DNA of 64,000 nt from Cyanidioschyzon merolae (Eukaryota): NCBI GenBank assembly GCA_000091205.1, contig AP006485.2, one strand, 5' to 3'. A model generated the notes under the pieces. It did no database searches. It was not told the origin of the DNA and saw only the letters and a program-made list of their open reading frames with translations. This document shows positions 49,556 to 58,741 of the stretch, piece after piece. A program made the translations under genes and the position numbers. Numbering within the stretch: position 1 is the first letter of the stretch; every line of letters begins with the position of its first letter.

Positions 49556-50167
49556 TCACCCGTACAAACCTCTGAAACGTACCCTGGGTGGACACTCGCA
49601 CCAACACAAAACATCTTTCCAAAGACAAACGTTGCCCCCGGCCGTGTACAGTAGTGGCGAACGCGCCCTAGGCAAGGGGTCTCCAACTGACGTGCAGACG
49701 CCTCCCCGTTTTTTTGGACCGGCCACCAACGTCTGCTTCCATTTTTTCTCATATAGATCGACTTTGAGAGGTTGTCCAATAAAATCCTCTTGTGTCCAGT
49801 CTGGAGGTCGTTTCTCCAGCACCGCACATCTCCGTATATTGATAGCGGCATGAAAATCTCGGTTCACGAACTCCATACATTTCGTGCCGTTGGGAGCTGT
49901 ACTCACCAATACGAGTAACCCTTGAACTTTCGCCTTCCTTTCCAGTTGCTCCTCCGCCAGCGGTCCGTACTTTTGCAATTTCCTCAGCGCTCTTCTGGCA
50001 CTTTTCCATCTCCACCCTCTGAAGCGTGCAGCCCAGTTCCTGGTATGTATAGGACGTCCGGAACTCATATACAGGTATCGTAACGAGACGCCGGGCGCAC
50101 TCCTTGTACAGCTTCGTCGCTGGAGCTGGCGTAGTTCCTTTTCTGTTCTTCCAGTGCCTTGCTCCAT
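49556..50167 (-). CDS. Fanzor/TnpB-like nuclease, C-terminal segment with RuvC-III (copy A)
   Basis: '...[26 protein letters not shown]...' matches the TnpB/Fanzor RuvC-III consensus (NRDxNAAxNI) preceded by a Zn-finger Cys. The last ~20 codons read into flanking DNA beyond the repeat boundary. Confidence 0.55.
   Translation of the reverse strand: MEQGTGRTEKELRQLQRRSCTRSAPGVSLRYLYMSSGRPIHTRNWAARFRGWRWKSARRALRKLQKYGPLAEEQLERKAKVQGLLVLVSTAPNGTKCMEFVNRDFHAAINIRRCAVLEKRPPDWTQEDFIGQPLKVDLYEKKWKQTLVAGPKKRGGVCTSVGDPLPRARSPLLYTAGGNVCLWKDVLCWCECPPRVRFRGLYG
49600..49760 (-). ncRNA. Candidate omega-RNA (scaffold/guide) region at the 3' end of the copy A Fanzor-like ORF
   Basis: A nucleotide-invariant 26-mer across all four copies plus conserved 'ggaccggccacc' and 'aaacgttg' blocks, located where TnpB/Fanzor omega-RNAs map. 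Assigned by inference only. Confidence 0.15.
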
Positions 50168-50837
50168 ACGCTTCTACGAGCTTCTGACGGTCATCCTCCT
50201 TGAGGGCGCTCAACTGATTGAAACAATTCGCAAACGCCCGCTGCTTCACACCGTATAGATTCATTCGCAGACGAGCCCACCGGGGCTTTCTATACTCCTC
50301 CCACAGCGCATCCCAATGGGCAACACGAAATTCCATGAATTTCCGAAAAGCTTCACAGACCGCTCCGCGGCTCGTCGCCTCGCTCAAAGCTTCCAGGTGA
50401 TGCTTTATTCCTGCATTCCACGTAACGATTATCATCCTTGCATTCACTACAACGGATTCTCGATAGTATCTCGCTCTCGAGAACCTCAGCAGACGCATGT
50501 CTTTCTGGCGTAAATTACCGTCCATGCCATCTTCCGCACGCTTCGGTGCTGCGATGGTGATGATATTCGTGTTCCCAGGATCCGCGCCAACCACAATGTC
50601 TTTATCCTGCACTTCCTGTGTGGCAGGATCCGCCTCTTTCTTTCCTTGATGCTTCGTCGCGTCAACCATAAAGTCGTTATCCTGCACATTCTGTTCGGCA
50701 GGATCCGCCTCCTTCTGACCTTCATCCTTCACCGCGCCAACGACACGGTCGTTATCCTGCACTTTCTGCATCACAGGTTCCGCCTCTTTCTCTTTTTCAT
50801 CCTTCACCGCGTCAGCGACAAAGTCGTCATCCTGCAC
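49749..50837 (-). CDS. Fanzor/TnpB-like nuclease, central segment with RuvC-I and RuvC-II (copy A)
   Basis: '[18 protein letters not shown]' (RuvC-I, GxDPG) and '[22 protein letters not shown]' (RuvC-II Glu plus the first Zn-finger Cys). Frame shifts relative to the RuvC-III segment between ~50000 and ~49900. Confidence 0.55.
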   Translation of the reverse strand: MQDDDFVADAVKDEKEKEAEPVMQKVQDNDRVVGAVKDEGQKEADPAEQNVQDNDFMVDATKHQGKKEADPATQEVQDKDIVVGADPGNTNIITIAAPKRAEDGMDGNLRQKDMRLLRFSRARYYRESVVVNARMIIVTWNAGIKHHLEALSEATSRGAVCEAFRKFMEFRVAHWDALWEEYRKPRWARLRMNLYGVKQRAFANCFNQLSALKEDDRQKLVEAYGARHWKNRKGTTPAPATKLYKECARRLVTIPVYEFRTSYTYQELGCTLQRVEMEKCQKSAEEIAKVRTAGGGATGKEGESSRVTRIGEYSSQRHEMYGVREPRFSCRYQYTEMCGAGETTSRLDTRGFYWTTSQSRSI

Positions 50838-50872
50838 CTCCTGTGTCGCAGGATCCGCTTCTTTGATTTTTT
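50575..50872. repeat. 75-bp tandem repeat (x ~4) inside the Fanzor-like ORF, copy A
   Basis: Encodes 25-aa units '[25 protein letters not shown] / [25 protein letters not shown] / [25 protein letters not shown] / [24 protein letters not shown]'. The last unit is the RuvC-I strand. Confidence 0.6.
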
Positions 50873-51182
50873 AATGCTTCGCAGAGGGCGAAGCGAAAGG
50901 CACAATCGGACGGTCCACTTTCAAGCGCCGATAGTGTACATACAAGGTTACTCCATCGGTCTCGATCAACGCAGTGAATACCTTTTGGCTTCTCACTTTG
51001 AGCCGTTTGAAATTGAAGATGTTCTTCAAGTACGTCGCCCGGTTTTCACCGGTGAAGTCATCCCTGCTAACAGTGAACACTGGACTGATCTCCTTCATGA
51101 TGCCGTAAAACACGTCCGAATCGATATTCACGAAACGTGACTTGATGCTGCACATTGGAACCACGTTGAAGCGCTTACCCAT
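50871..51182 (-). CDS. Fanzor-like nuclease, upstream segment '[21 protein letters not shown]...' (copy A)
   Basis: Identical to the copy B segment 57672..57983. Separated from the RuvC-I segment by a single in-frame TAA. Reading through in frame gives '[17 protein letters not shown]', a further unit of the internal repeat. Confidence 0.4.
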   Translation of the reverse strand: MGKRFNVVPMCSIKSRFVNIDSDVFYGIMKEISPVFTVSRDDFTGENRATYLKNIFNFKRLKVRSQKVFTALIETDGVTLYVHYRRLKVDRPIVPFASPSAKH

Positions 51183-51203
51183 TAGGAAAGCCTTCCGTCT
51201 CTC

Positions 51204-51941
51204 CTACTCTTCATTTGTCTTTTCGCTCAGGTTCATCTCCGCTTCGCGTTCGAGCTCCGGGTCCAAGAACACAGAATACCGTACGACGATGCGATAGTAT
51301 CTCCCCTGATCCTTTTTCAACTCTGATATCTTTTCTGTTGGATTCACCAGCCCCAAGATTGCACGGCGCTCTTGTATAGCCGCACGGATCACAGATGCTT
51401 CATTCGTGCTCCTGCGTGACGTCTTCTTGTCGACAAATTCGACCTCATCTTCATGCTTGCGATCTTTCGTTATGCCATTGATAGTCGCCTATATTCATTT
51501 GAGAGAGCTGCCTGGGTAGAGTGCAAAAACGGCGCGTATCATGAAACGTTCGAGTTTCACGATCACGTGACTCTCCAGTTTCGTGATGTACTTCGTCGCC
51601 CCTTATATGTAAACATTCGAATCACCCCTGTATGGAGTACTGTTGAAGCTGTAGAGGGGATGTTTTTCGTAAAGGCCATGCACTAGCACATTTTCCCTCC
51701 GCGTTTCCGCTGTTCCAAGCATCAGGTATCGAATAAAGGTCTCGTCGAATAACTCGTCCAGAATCTCGACCGTTTCCATGTTCGCGACGTCTTCGTACAT
51801 CTCCCTCGCCAAATGCATCAGTCTTGACGACGCCTTGAAAATACTCTTGGAGTACGAATCGAAACGTTTTTCGATAGCGTCTCGCAACTTTTCCCTGTAC
51901 GGATCCTTGATGTGTCCAAGAAGAAAGATTTTCACCTCCAT
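51204..51941 (-). pseudogene. Disrupted N-terminal region of the copy A Fanzor-like gene
   Basis: Homologous to the continuous 252-aa ORF of copy B (57983..58741) but split into 51603..51941 and 51204..51392 by a 1-nt deletion and an in-frame TAG (tgg->tag) 7 codons upstream of the MGKRF Met. Confidence 0.4.
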
Positions 51942-52151
51942 CTCATTCTACAGTCATCTTTCCCGCCGCCTTCGACGTAGGGCCTCTCGCTTTCAGTTCT
52001 TCTTCTCTCCTGTTTCTTCTGGACTCGGCACTGCTTTTTGTTTGTCTCTAGCGGCCGGCGACCCCGGCCCTCCAGGAGCGTCGACTTGCTTTTTCATAGC
52101 TTTCCGTTTTTTAGTTTTTTCTTGAAAAACAACGCTCTGTGAACCCTTCTG

Positions 52152-52158
52152 TTATATA
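52152..52158 (-). promoter_or_regulatory. TATA-like box (TATATAA on minus strand) ~210 nt upstream of the copy A nuclease ATG
   Basis: 'gaacccttctgttatatactgcg' is conserved in copy B ('gaacccttctattatatactgcg') at the same distance. Confidence 0.2.
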
Positions 52159-52813
52159 CTGCGAAAAACACTTGACTAGACTTGTTTGAAGTTTCAAACA
52201 GAAACGAACTTAAAGCCTGTACTTGGCTACGACCTGAACGGAAATACAACTTTTTACAGATGAACAACACGCTACTGATCCCAATCGCGTTTCCCTTCAA
52301 CGAAGGCATACGCATCGTGTCAGTTGATTCCCCGATCTCCCAGATGCGATTACCGAGCGCGATGCGTGCGCCTCGCGAGACACCACGCCGATCGATGAAG
52401 GACACGTGCCTCAAGCCCATAGTGCAAAGAAACAGAGCTCGCTCGGGGGCACGCCTGCGCTATCGCTTTTGGCGCGAAACGCGAAATCGAAACCGCGCCT
52501 GCAGGGATCGTCTCGAACCGTTTCTCCTTCGCCGTGATCATCGATTGCCGCGGATTCGAGGCATGGTGCGGGGGAATTTGAATCGCTCGTGGGCTCTGTC
52601 GTTGCCGCTGCTGGACGTAAATATTTTTTTAGAGTTGGTGTTGTTCAACGGACGGCTGGGAACGGGCTCTTTCTCGTTCACGACACTAAATATTTTCCAT
52701 CAAAAGAAGTTTTATACAAAGGTTTCCAAAGTATAATATCAGGATTTGCTACGCTCATGGTATTTTTGGAGAGCAATATACGTAGAGGCCGCCCAGGAGG
52801 TCAAGGCTTTCGG

Positions 52814-53006
52814 ATGAAGCCTTCGCTATTTATTATTTGTTTCATACTTTGCAGTGTGTTCGCGTCTCTCGTACGGGCAGCGACTGTGACACCTACACCG
52901 ACTGCGACTGCGACACCGACTGCGACACCGACACCTACACCTACACCTACACCGACACCTCCATCGGCTACGACACCGACACCGACACCGACACCTCCAT
53001 CGGCTA

Positions 53007-53043
<37 letters not shown>

Positions 53044-53066
53044 TCCATCGGCTACGACTACGACTA

Positions 53067-53097
<31 letters not shown>

Positions 53098-55207
53098 TCC
53101 ATCGGCTACGACTACGACTACGACACCGACTGCGACACCGACTGCGACACCGACTGCGACACCGACTGCGACACCGACTGCGACACCGACTGCGACACCG
53201 ACTGCGACACCGACACCTACACCGACTGCGACACCGACTGCGACACCGACTGCGACACCGACTGCGACACCGACTGCGACACCGACTGCGACACCGACTG
53301 CGACACCGACTGCGACACCGACTGCGACACCGACTGCGACACCGACACCGACACCGACTGCGACACCGACTGCGACTGCGACTGCGACTGCGACTGCGAC
53401 TGCGACGGCGACTTCTACGGCAACTCCGACACCGATTGCGACGATGACTCCGACAATTACATCATCGCCAACGATTACTGTAACAGCGTCTCCAACGACA
53501 GTGACGATGACACCGACGATGACTCCAACTGCAACAACGTCACCAACAATCGTGCCGACGACGATTGCCACCTCGATTGCGATATCCGTTCAGAATCTTT
53601 CTCTTTGTTTGGCCGTGGCGACGGATTTGCAGAACGATCTCGAGGCTCGCTTCACGGGCCTGGTAGTGAATGTCAGCGTGACTGATAACTGCGACACGGT
53701 CTTCGGTTCGGGCACATCAAGGCGCCTCGCCACCACATTAGACAAGAGCAATCCTCGTCTGGAACGAGCATTGGTGCGCACGTCGGGCGGCAGTGTTGTG
53801 ACCTATGTGATTAAGATCTCAGGAGACACATCCCTCGCCAGTGATGCGCAAAGTGTGCTTCAAACTTTCACCGACCAGCTTTCTACAATTCTACCCTCTG
53901 GTGCGACACTTGCTATTATAACCCCGACACCGAGTGCAACGCCAACACCAGTTTGCACGAGTGAAATCTGCGGTTCTCCGGGCCAGTACACAAACCGGGA
54001 CGCTTGCGAGCAAGTCGGGTGCTGCTTTAACTCCCAGACGAACGCGTGCACCCTGAAGAGCGTCTCAGCGGCCTGCAGCGCTGTTCCAGTGACGCAGCGC
54101 GTCCCCTGCGGCTGGAGCTACATCTACCCCGACGAGTGCACTGCGATACCGGGATGCTGCTGGCAGCCAACGGCGAACGGCATCCTGGCACCCTGGTGCT
54201 ACTACGACATCAACCATGCACCGCAGGCCTCTGTAGCGCTGCAGGAGGTGCAGGCACCGGTTCCCCTCTGCCCGTCACCGGGAGCGCAGCGCCAGCCGTG
54301 CGGCAACGCGGGCATCAACCAGTTTACGTGCTATGCCCAGGGCTGCTGCTACGACTCGCAGGCGCAGAACCAGTGGGTGCAGAACGGCAAGCAGCAGAGC
54401 GACTTTGCGTCGAACCCGTACTGCTTCCAGCCCGAGAAGACGTGCGCGGTGGGCGAGTTTGAGCGCCAGCCGTGCACGAACGCGGTGAATCAGAACCAGC
54501 AGCTGAACAATAACATCAACAACAACCAGTTTGTGCGTCTGCTGAACACGCTTCTGTACGGAGAGCAGCACGGGACGCAGCGCACGAGCTACTCGCCGCA
54601 GCAGTGTCTGGAGGCTGGTTGCTGCCTGGGGCTCAGCAACGAGTGCTTCCAGCCGATGACCGAGTACGTGTGCCAGACCTACGGGTATGTGTCGAACTCG
54701 CTGAGCGGCACGACCGGCAACGTATCGAACTCGAGCTATATTCCGTGTGGCCCGGAGTGCTGCAACGCCGAGACGCAGAACTGCACGTACAACCCGTTCA
54801 GCAACAACAACAACCAGCAGCAGCAGCAGCAGCAGCAATTGCAACAACTGCAGCAACAACAGGTGCTGCTGCCGTCATTCTGTGTGTGCAAGGACCCTAC
54901 GAAGCAGTGCGGGACGTACCTGATCCCTTCGGATAACCTTGTGAACAAGGTGCGTTGCTGCCGCGCTGACGAGGAGTGCATCAACAACCAATGTGTGGTG
55001 ATTAGTCCAACACCGACTCCGAGTCCCGTGGCTGTGACAGCGACACCCTCTGCGACGGTGTCTGCAACAGTCTCTGCGACAGCTTCTGCGACGGTGTCTG
55101 CGAGTGCATCAACGAGTGCATCAGCGAGTGCTTCAGTTTCAGCCTCTGTGTCGACGTCTGCGAGCGCCTCGGAATCAGCGACATCTTCAGCTCCACCGAC
55201 TGCGTGA
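52814..55207 (+). CDS. Secreted mucin-like Thr/Pro-rich protein with 3-4 trefoil (P-type)-like cysteine domains
   Basis: Signal peptide '[23 protein letters not shown]'. Contains ~180 aa of (PTPTAT)n. Cys modules are '[21 protein letters not shown]', '[22 protein letters not shown]...APWCYYD' and '[22 protein letters not shown]...NPYCF', all matching the trefoil pattern RxxCGxxG..C...GCC[FWY]D..PWC[FY]. Also has a poly-Q/N tract and a Ser/Ala/Thr-rich C-terminal tail. Start taken as Met76 of the 872-aa ORF. Confidence 0.75.
52884..53440. repeat. 12-bp coding minisatellite (accgactgcgac)n encoding (PTAT/PTPT)n
   Basis: Read directly. It creates long shadow ORFs in other frames and on the opposite strand. 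Confidence 0.85.
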
Positions 55208-56355
55208 GCGAACGTTTCAACTGTTAATTTGCCCACAGTCTAGATCACGTCTATGCTGATCCTCTGTTGCGACAATATTCCACTCATGTTCACAAGACCC
55301 GAGAGTACGAATGAACGAATGCGTTAATGTGGATATTTGTGCGCGGAGTGTCATCTGAGGTCCTCTTCGGGAACTTACATTCAGAGATCTGATGAACGGA
55401 AAGAATGGACCAGAATTTGCTTTTGGAACGTAAAGGAATGATTACCTATGCCTATGAGCTTGCCCCCGATGATAGCCTTGGTGGTAATGGCGGTATCTTG
55501 GTACCCTTTCTTCTCTTTGTAGTCGGAATACGGTTTCCGAGTTGCATGTAGCGAGTATGTCTGCAGTAGAGCGTCTGGAACTGTTTTTTTAGTTTCGTTG
55601 TACTTGAGCACATTCTAGTCCTGAGGAGAGGTTCTGGAGCAAGTTTGACTCGATCCGTACAACCGCAAATTTCACCAAAATACGATTCCTCTTGAGGAAA
55701 AGCTGGTATTCGTGACGCCTGCATACGGGCTCCGGCTCCGCTTGGCACGAATGGAAGCAGGGCCGCCAGCCTCACAGCGCACTTATAGCTCTAACATTGA
55801 AAGTGCTTATAGCTTGTTCTGTCGGTCGAGGCATCCTCTCGATATATTCACCACTGTTGCCTACCGTTGCTCGTAGGCTACGTCCATAAAACCGTCTGAA
55901 GTGTTGTGCTGATTTCCGGATTATGTTTATGTCTTGTACACTAGAAAAAAACGAGAACGAAGTGGTGGTAAGCCGTGAAGACGTAGATGCGCAGTTACCG
56001 TTACTCGGTCCAGAGGCACATCATGCCAGGCAGTCACATCCTGAGACGAGCTGTACGCTATGTAAGCATTACCACAGCACCTTGAGCACAGCTGGAGGCA
56101 TTCTAGAAGCGGCCAGTATCGATTCTAAACAATTGATCTTGTTCTATATCATTGCAAACAAATTGGTAAACGGATCCGTTGCTAATAAATGGACACAGGG
56201 CCCTCGGAAGATAGATAAACGACAAGGCAGCGGATGATGTATCGAATACAGAAGAACTCGAGTTGCCCATTTTCCACATTTTCTGTCACATCAGTCCTGT
56301 TACAGCCATGGCAGCAATATCTTCACGAAAAGCATCAACTATTACCACATATACT

Positions 56356-56967
56356 CTAGGTACTCTTCGCAAATACGTTCTGAATAAGCGACGTGACGCG
56401 CCCGCACCGAACGCCTCTCAAAAGACAAACGTTGCCCCCGGCCGTGTACAGTAGTGGCGAACGCGCCCTAGGCAAGGGGTCTCCAACTGACGTGCAGACG
56501 CCTCCCCGTTTTTTTGGACCGGCCACCAACGTCTGCTTCCATTTTTTCTCATATAGTTCAACTTTGAGAGGTTGTCCAACAAAATCCTCTTGTGTCCAGT
56601 CTGGAGGTCGTTTCTCCAGCACCGCACATCTCCGTATATTGATAGCGGCATGAAAATCTCGGTTCACGAACTCCATACATTTCGTGCCGTTGGGAGCTGT
56701 ACTCACCAATACGAGTAACCCTTGAACTTTCGCCTTCCTTTCCAGTTGCTCCTCCGCCAGCGGTCCGTACTTTTGCAATTTCCTCAGCGCTCTTCTGGCA
56801 CTTTTCCATCTCCACCCTCTGAAGCGTGCAGCCCAGTTCCTGGTATGTATAGGACGTCCGGAACTCATACACAGGTATCGTAACGAGACGCCGGGCGCAC
56901 TCCTTGTGCAGCTTCGTCGCTGGAGCTGGCGTAGTTCCTTTTCTGTTCTTCCAGCGCCCTGCTCCAT
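56356..56967 (-). CDS. Fanzor/TnpB-like nuclease, C-terminal segment with RuvC-III (copy B)
   Basis: '...[20 protein letters not shown]...'. About 98% identical to the copy A segment. The C-terminal tail diverges where the ORF reads into flanking DNA. Confidence 0.5.
   Translation of the reverse strand: MEQGAGRTEKELRQLQRRSCTRSAPGVSLRYLCMSSGRPIHTRNWAARFRGWRWKSARRALRKLQKYGPLAEEQLERKAKVQGLLVLVSTAPNGTKCMEFVNRDFHAAINIRRCAVLEKRPPDWTQEDFVGQPLKVELYEKKWKQTLVAGPKKRGGVCTSVGDPLPRARSPLLYTAGGNVCLLRGVRCGRVTSLIQNVFAKST
56400..56560 (-). ncRNA. Candidate omega-RNA region at the 3' end of the copy B Fanzor-like ORF
   Basis: Same invariant blocks as copy A, but the adjacent distal segment differs ('gcaccgaacgcctctc' vs 'gcaccaacacaaaacatctttcc'). 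Confidence 0.15.
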
Positions 56968-57136
56968 ACGCTTCTACGAGCTTCTGACGGTCATCCTCCT
57001 TGAGGGCGCTCAACTGATTGAAACAATTCGCAAACGCCCGCTGCTTCACACCGTATAGATTCATTCGCAGACGAGCCCACCGGGGCTTTCTATACTCCTC
57101 CCACAGCGCATCCCAATGGGCAACACGAAATTCCAT
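56558..57136 (-). CDS. Fanzor/TnpB-like nuclease segment with RuvC-II / Zn-finger start (copy B)
   Basis: '...[32 protein letters not shown]...'. Separated from the RuvC-I segment by a private frameshift. Confidence 0.5.
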   Translation of the reverse strand: MEFRVAHWDALWEEYRKPRWARLRMNLYGVKQRAFANCFNQLSALKEDDRQKLVEAYGAGRWKNRKGTTPAPATKLHKECARRLVTIPVYEFRTSYTYQELGCTLQRVEMEKCQKSAEEIAKVRTAGGGATGKEGESSRVTRIGEYSSQRHEMYGVREPRFSCRYQYTEMCGAGETTSRLDTRGFCWTTSQS

Positions 57137-57152
57137 GAATTTCCGAAAAGCT

Positions 57153-57638
57153 TCATAAGACCGCTCCGCGGCTCGTCGCCTCGCTCAAAGCTTCCAGGTG
57201 ATGCTTTATTCCTGCATTCCACGTAACGATTATCATCCTTGCATTCACTACAACGGATTCTCGATAGTATCTCGCTCTCGAGAACCTCAGCAGACGCATG
57301 TCTTTCTGGCGTAAATTACCGTCCATGCCATCTTCCGCACGCTTCGGTGCTGCGATGGTGATGATATTCGTGTTCCCAGGATCCGCGCCAACCACAATGT
57401 CTTTATCCTGCACTTCCTGTGTGGCAGGATCCGCCTCTTTCTTTCCTTGATGCTTCGTCGCGTCAACCATAAAGTCGTTATCCTGCACATTCTGTTCGGC
57501 AGGATCCGCCTCCTTCTGACCTTCATCCTTCACCGCGCCAACGACACGGTCGTTATCCTGCACTTTCTGCATCACAGGTTCCGCCTCTTTCTCTTTTTCA
57601 TCCTTCACCGCGTCAGCGACAAAGTCGTCATCCTGCAC
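57153..57638 (-). CDS. Fanzor/TnpB-like nuclease segment with RuvC-I and the 75-bp repeats (copy B)
   Basis: '...[18 protein letters not shown]...' identical to copy A. Truncated at 'RGAVL*' by the private 1-nt insertion. Confidence 0.5.
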   Translation of the reverse strand: MQDDDFVADAVKDEKEKEAEPVMQKVQDNDRVVGAVKDEGQKEADPAEQNVQDNDFMVDATKHQGKKEADPATQEVQDKDIVVGADPGNTNIITIAAPKRAEDGMDGNLRQKDMRLLRFSRARYYRESVVVNARMIIVTWNAGIKHHLEALSEATSRGAVL

Positions 57639-57671
57639 CTCCTGTGTCGCAGGATCCGCTTCTTTGATTTT

Positions 57672-57983
57672 TTAATGCTTCGCAGAGGGCGAAGCGAAAG
57701 GCACAATCGGACGGTCCACTTTCAAGCGCCGATAGTGTACATACAAGGTTACTCCATCGGTCTCGATCAACGCAGTGAATACCTTTTGGCTTCTCACTTT
57801 GAGCCGTTTGAAATTGAAGATGTTCTTCAAGTACGTCGCCCGGTTTTCACCGGTGAAGTCATCCCTGCTAACAGTGAACACTGGACTGATCTCCTTCATG
57901 ATGCCGTAAAACACGTCCGAATCGATATTCACGAAACGTGACTTGATGCTGCACATTGGAACCACGTTGAAGCGCTTACCCAT
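57672..57983 (-). CDS. Fanzor-like nuclease upstream segment 'MGKRF...' (copy B)
   Basis: 100% identical in amino-acid sequence to 50871..51182. Confidence 0.4.
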   Translation of the reverse strand: MGKRFNVVPMCSIKSRFVNIDSDVFYGIMKEISPVFTVSRDDFTGENRATYLKNIFNFKRLKVRSQKVFTALIETDGVTLYVHYRRLKVDRPIVPFASPSAKH

Positions 57984-58741
57984 TAGGACAGCCTTCCGTC
58001 TCTCCCAATCTTCTTTTTTTCTTCACTCAGCTTCATCTCCGCATTTCGCTCGAGTTCTCGGTCGAGAAACATGAAATAGCGCAGAATAAGACGATAGTAT
58101 CTTTCCTTATCTTTTTTCAACTCTGATGTCTTGTCTGTTGGATTCGCCGGCCCCAAGATTGCACGGTGCTCTTGTATAACCGAATGGATTACAGAAGTAT
58201 CATTCGTGCTGTCGTTAAACGCCTTCGTGTCGACGAATTCGACTTCACCTTCATGCTTGCGATCGTTCTTGATGCCGTTGATAATCTCCCATATTCCTTT
58301 GCGAGAGATACCCGGGTACAGCGCAAACACGGCGCGTATCATGAAACGTTCGAGTTTCATTGTCAAATGGTTCGTCAGGTTCGTGAGGTTCTTCATCTCC
58401 CCATAGTCGTAAATACTCCGGTCCCCCTTGTATCGAGTACCCTCGAAGCCGTAAAAGGGATGTTTTTCGTGGAGGGCATGAACCCGCTCGTTTTCCTCCC
58501 GCGCTTCCACTGTTCCAAGCATCAGGTATCGAATAAAGGTCTCGTCGAATAACTCGTCCAGAATCTCGACCGTTTCCATGTACGTCACGTTTTCGTACAT
58601 CTCCCTCGCCAAATGCATCAGTCTTGACGACGCCTTGAAAATACCCATGGAGTACGAATCGAAACGTTTTTCGATAGCGTCTCGCAACTTTTCCCTGTAA
58701 GGATGCTTGATATGTTTAAGAAGACAGGCTTTCACCATCAT
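57983..58741 (-). CDS. Fanzor-like nuclease N-terminal domain (copy B), 252 aa continuous
   Basis: 'MMVKACLLKHIKHPYREKLRDAIEKRFDSY...'. About 80% identical to the split copy A region. Ends at a TAA overlapping the MGKRF ATG ('cTAATGg'), caused by a 1-nt loss in a poly-A run. Confidence 0.5.
   Translation of the reverse strand: MMVKACLLKHIKHPYREKLRDAIEKRFDSYSMGIFKASSRLMHLAREMYENVTYMETVEILDELFDETFIRYLMLGTVEAREENERVHALHEKHPFYGFEGTRYKGDRSIYDYGEMKNLTNLTNHLTMKLERFMIRAVFALYPGISRKGIWEIINGIKNDRKHEGEVEFVDTKAFNDSTNDTSVIHSVIQEHRAILGPANPTDKTSELKKDKERYYRLILRYFMFLDRELERNAEMKLSEEKKKIGRDGRLS

Larger units (their letters stand above)
49600..52450 (-). mobile_element. Fanzor/TnpB-like element, copy A (~2.85 kb; nuclease ORF plus conserved 5' and 3' non-coding ends)
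   Basis: Nearly co-linear with copy B (offset +6800/6801 bp). About 98-99% identical over 49556-51182 and ~80% identical over 51183-52320. Encodes RuvC-I/II/III motifs. Boundaries are approximate: the left end lies near 'cgcacc...aaagacaaacgttg', and the right end fades at ~52320-52450. Confidence 0.6.

Noticed and set aside
49880-49960. Possible spliceosomal intron ('ggtgagtac' donor-like motif on minus strand) explaining the frame change between RuvC-II and RuvC-III
   Set aside because: The GTGAGT lies inside the downstream in-frame coding segment (LVSTAP), and no acceptor restores the upstream frame. A 43-nt candidate intron spanning the shared TAA was also tested and does not maintain frame. 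A frameshift lesion or unmodelled event remains the better description.
50646-51140. Plus-strand 164-aa ORFs '[17 protein letters not shown]...' in both element copies
   Set aside because: Antisense reading of the 75-bp repeat region of the nuclease gene. The repetitive hydrophobic sequence arises from the repeat.
52801-53571. 256-aa minus-strand ORF '[10 protein letters not shown]...' and plus-strand alternative-frame ORF 52837..53685 'DCDTDCDT...'
   Set aside because: Frame shadows of the (accgactgcgac)n minisatellite. The PT-encoding frame continues into a signal peptide and Cys-rich domains, so that frame is the real one.
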